Assembly (NCBI RefSeq): GCF_902459465.1
Contig: NC_047067.1
Span: 5,704,001 to 5,768,000, forward strand
DNA: 64,000 nt
DNA from: Asterias rubens
Lineage: Eukaryota
Direction of reading: 5' to 3'
Position 1 is the stretch's first letter, and each line of letters begins with the position of its first letter. Under the pieces are notes generated by a model, which did no database searches, was not told the origin of the DNA, and saw nothing but the letters and a program-made list of their open reading frames with translations. Made by a program: the position numbers and the translations under genes. Shown piece by piece: positions 61,385-64,000 of this stretch.

Positions 61385-63566
61385 TGTCACCACCTCTTTT
61401 CAGAATAATTTGAAAGACCAACTGTTAAACAAAAATTCAATTTTTAAGCTTTGCATGGTGTGCAAAAATGAAACAAATTTTATTACACAAAATTAACCAT
61501 TAGCCTGTGGAAAGGCCTACTTACATGTTTGACTAAACAACAATCTTTTCCATTGAATTCAAATAAGTTAAACTTCAACCTACATGTAGTCTATGATAAA
61601 CTTAGTGTCTGCCTTCGAAAGCCAACAACAATCCTATAAATAAAAGTATCTTATCTACATAAATCTACACAATAGACCAGTATTGCCTTGTAACAAGGTT
61701 GTTCCGGTGGCAACGCCCACTTTAAACAAGAGATAGTATCATCTTATTTTGGAGTTGGTTCTGGACATGGTTCTGGACAATCACAATGTCCTTGTGTACA
61801 TGTGTAGAATAAGGAGTAATGACCACTAAGTCACTCTGCCTTTTATATGTTTTTGTTGTTGATACTGTTTGTACTAGTTAGTACATGTAGGTAATTACGA
61901 GCCCCCCATCCACTTTGCACAATAGTCCTTGCTCTATACACAAACAGCATATCAAGGACGTAACAGCTTACATAAATTTGTTTATGGCTCAAATGAAATA
62001 AATTACTGGTATGCTAACTGCATCCAAAGAGTTATACAATACAAGGATACAATTCATGTTCATATTGTATTGTAAACAATTTTGTACAACCTACACACAA
62101 CTTCTAGAAGGAACATTTGGAATTGTAAATGGTATTGTTGCGACTCTTGAGCAAAAACGAAGGCCATGACCACAATAGTATCTGAACTTAAAGACTTTTT
62201 AAAATTCATTTATCTTTTGGGGGCAAAAACAATCTGGGCTTTGAGCAGTGTCTTTGAAGGAGGAAAACAAGACCCTTTGCATTTTCATTAGTTTTTGTTT
62301 TATATAAATTATATAAATTGTACAATTAATTGTCAAGAATCACTAAATAAAATTGCTATTACTCCAGTGGAGAGTAGTAACTTTAATAATTGACTACAGT
62401 GTACAATGTACATAAATACAGTTATTGTAAGTTGATTGTTTATTGCATTAAAGTATACCCTACCCATCACCTCAGATAAAGTTAACTTGATTTTAATTTG
62501 TTTTCATGTCAAGCAAATTTACATTGAATCAATGTTGATAAGGCACTGTATGATTGAAGATTAGAATACATTCTACCACTCTCAAGTGCACATTAGACAG
62601 GCTTTACAAAAGTACATGTACAGAGTTTACAGAAATGATTAAATTCCACTCTAATTGATGTATGTAAACATGATAAGTTGATCAACGAATTTGGAACGGA
62701 ATTGTAGTATCCCTGTTCCTGACAATGAATTGCTACGCTATTGGCAGAGGATCTAATCAATCCAGTACTTTACATTTAAGAAATGAAGGCAAACTTTGCA
62801 TTCATGCCCCCTGGATGAAATATAGACCTGTGTGCACCAGTGTTGTTAGCCACAGTGGGAGGTGCCGGGCGGGCCTGCCCAGAACTAACAAATTTCACCC
62901 ATCACTCTGAGCAAAATACACTGCGCTGCCAAGCACAGATTTCTCCCAGATTACACTTCAGCAATTATGGCCCCATATCTTAATAACTTGACAATTTTTT
63001 GTTGAACTGCTCGCCCTTAGTGGACTAAATTGGATTTAGAGACCACACTAAAATTGGTCTAGCTACAACGCTGGTGTGACCCATTACATGTCTCAGTAGA
63101 CATTTTGTTTTCCCTTTAAGAAAAGTACGAGCTTAAGTTATACATTGTACAGGTACCCTTAGGAAAAAATGCCTTGCTGTTACAAGAATGGAGTGATGTT
63201 CCTATGGTGTATCATATTGGTGTTATAAGAATATAGTACGTAATCCCATGTAATTCTATAATGTTCAGCAATGTTCCAGGGGGAGTAAGTCATTCAAAGG
63301 GTTTTGATGACGGATTACTGGAATAACCCTTCAGACCCTTCACCAAATATTTGTCAACTTGATTGAGACATTCGTCTTTCAAGTGCGTAATGAATTTCTT
63401 TATGCAACATGAGTTTTTAGAGATGAAAATGCCTGAGTGGCAAGATGTTATCTGCACCCAGTAATGATCTGAAACTATTTTAGTCTTGTATCAATAATCC
63501 CCATCAGCTGGGAGGGTAATATTGTATAGAGTGGGAGCAAAAGCAGCATGCTACACACAGTAAGCA

Positions 63567-63940
63567 TTAAAGGAACACGTTGCCTTGGATCGGTCGGGTT
63601 GGTCTTTGAAAAGCGTTTGTAACCGTTTGTTATAAAATGCATGATTACAAAGATATTTTAAAAGTAGAATATAATGATCCACACAAGTATCACTCGAAAT
63701 GGTTTTCCTTTTACCTTGTCGACTAACACGGTCGACCATTTATGGGAGTCAAATTTTTTACTCCCATAAATGGCCGACCGTGTTAGTTCGCAAAGTAAAA
63801 GGAAAACCACGCAATTTGTGTGGATCATTGTAATGTATTCTACTTTAAAATCATCTTTCTAACCATGCATTTTATAACAAACAGTTACAAACGCTTTTCA
63901 AAGACCAACTCGACCTATCCAAGGCAACGTGCTCCTTTAA
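63567..63940. mobile_element. MITE family B copy
   Basis: Same TIRs and TTAA flanks as the 13691 copy. Confidence 0.9.
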
Positions 63941-64000
63941 AGTGGTTTAATACTTTTTGTAGATCAAGTTTTTGGCCATGACATGAATCCCTACTCACTG

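Overview
AT-rich, intron-rich eukaryotic (metazoan) DNA. The repeat landscape suggests a marine invertebrate deuterostome such as an echinoderm, but this is inference. Most entries in the ORF track are noise; the real genes had to be assembled exon by exon from GT-AG boundaries and codon phase. Genes from left to right: (1) a minus-strand coding exon at 5469-5736 of a gene that runs off the left edge; (2) a 20-exon plus-strand gene (10503-28529, about 881 aa) whose first 11 exons are DZANK1-like (N-terminal CHB_HEX_C/Fn3-associated domain, TQTVGLFYP/SPGKGYW block, ankyrin repeats) but lack the zinc ribbons, and which splice in frame into a complete four-repeat annexin core, the most striking feature of the window; (3) PRELID2-like (minus, 6 coding exons, 170 aa) head-to-head with (4) GSKIP (plus, 2 exons, 138 aa); (5) an unrecognised 161-aa gene (minus) head-to-head with (6) an unrecognised 505-aa gene (plus); (7) a possible first exon near 57 kb. 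Non-coding DNA holds a 2.8-kb nested tandem repeat at the left edge, several TTAA-flanked (Kolobok/T2-like) MITE families, hairpin MITEs, tRNA-derived SINEs and scattered short motifs shaped like minimal hammerhead ribozymes. All homology calls are from memory of the protein families; no searches were run.
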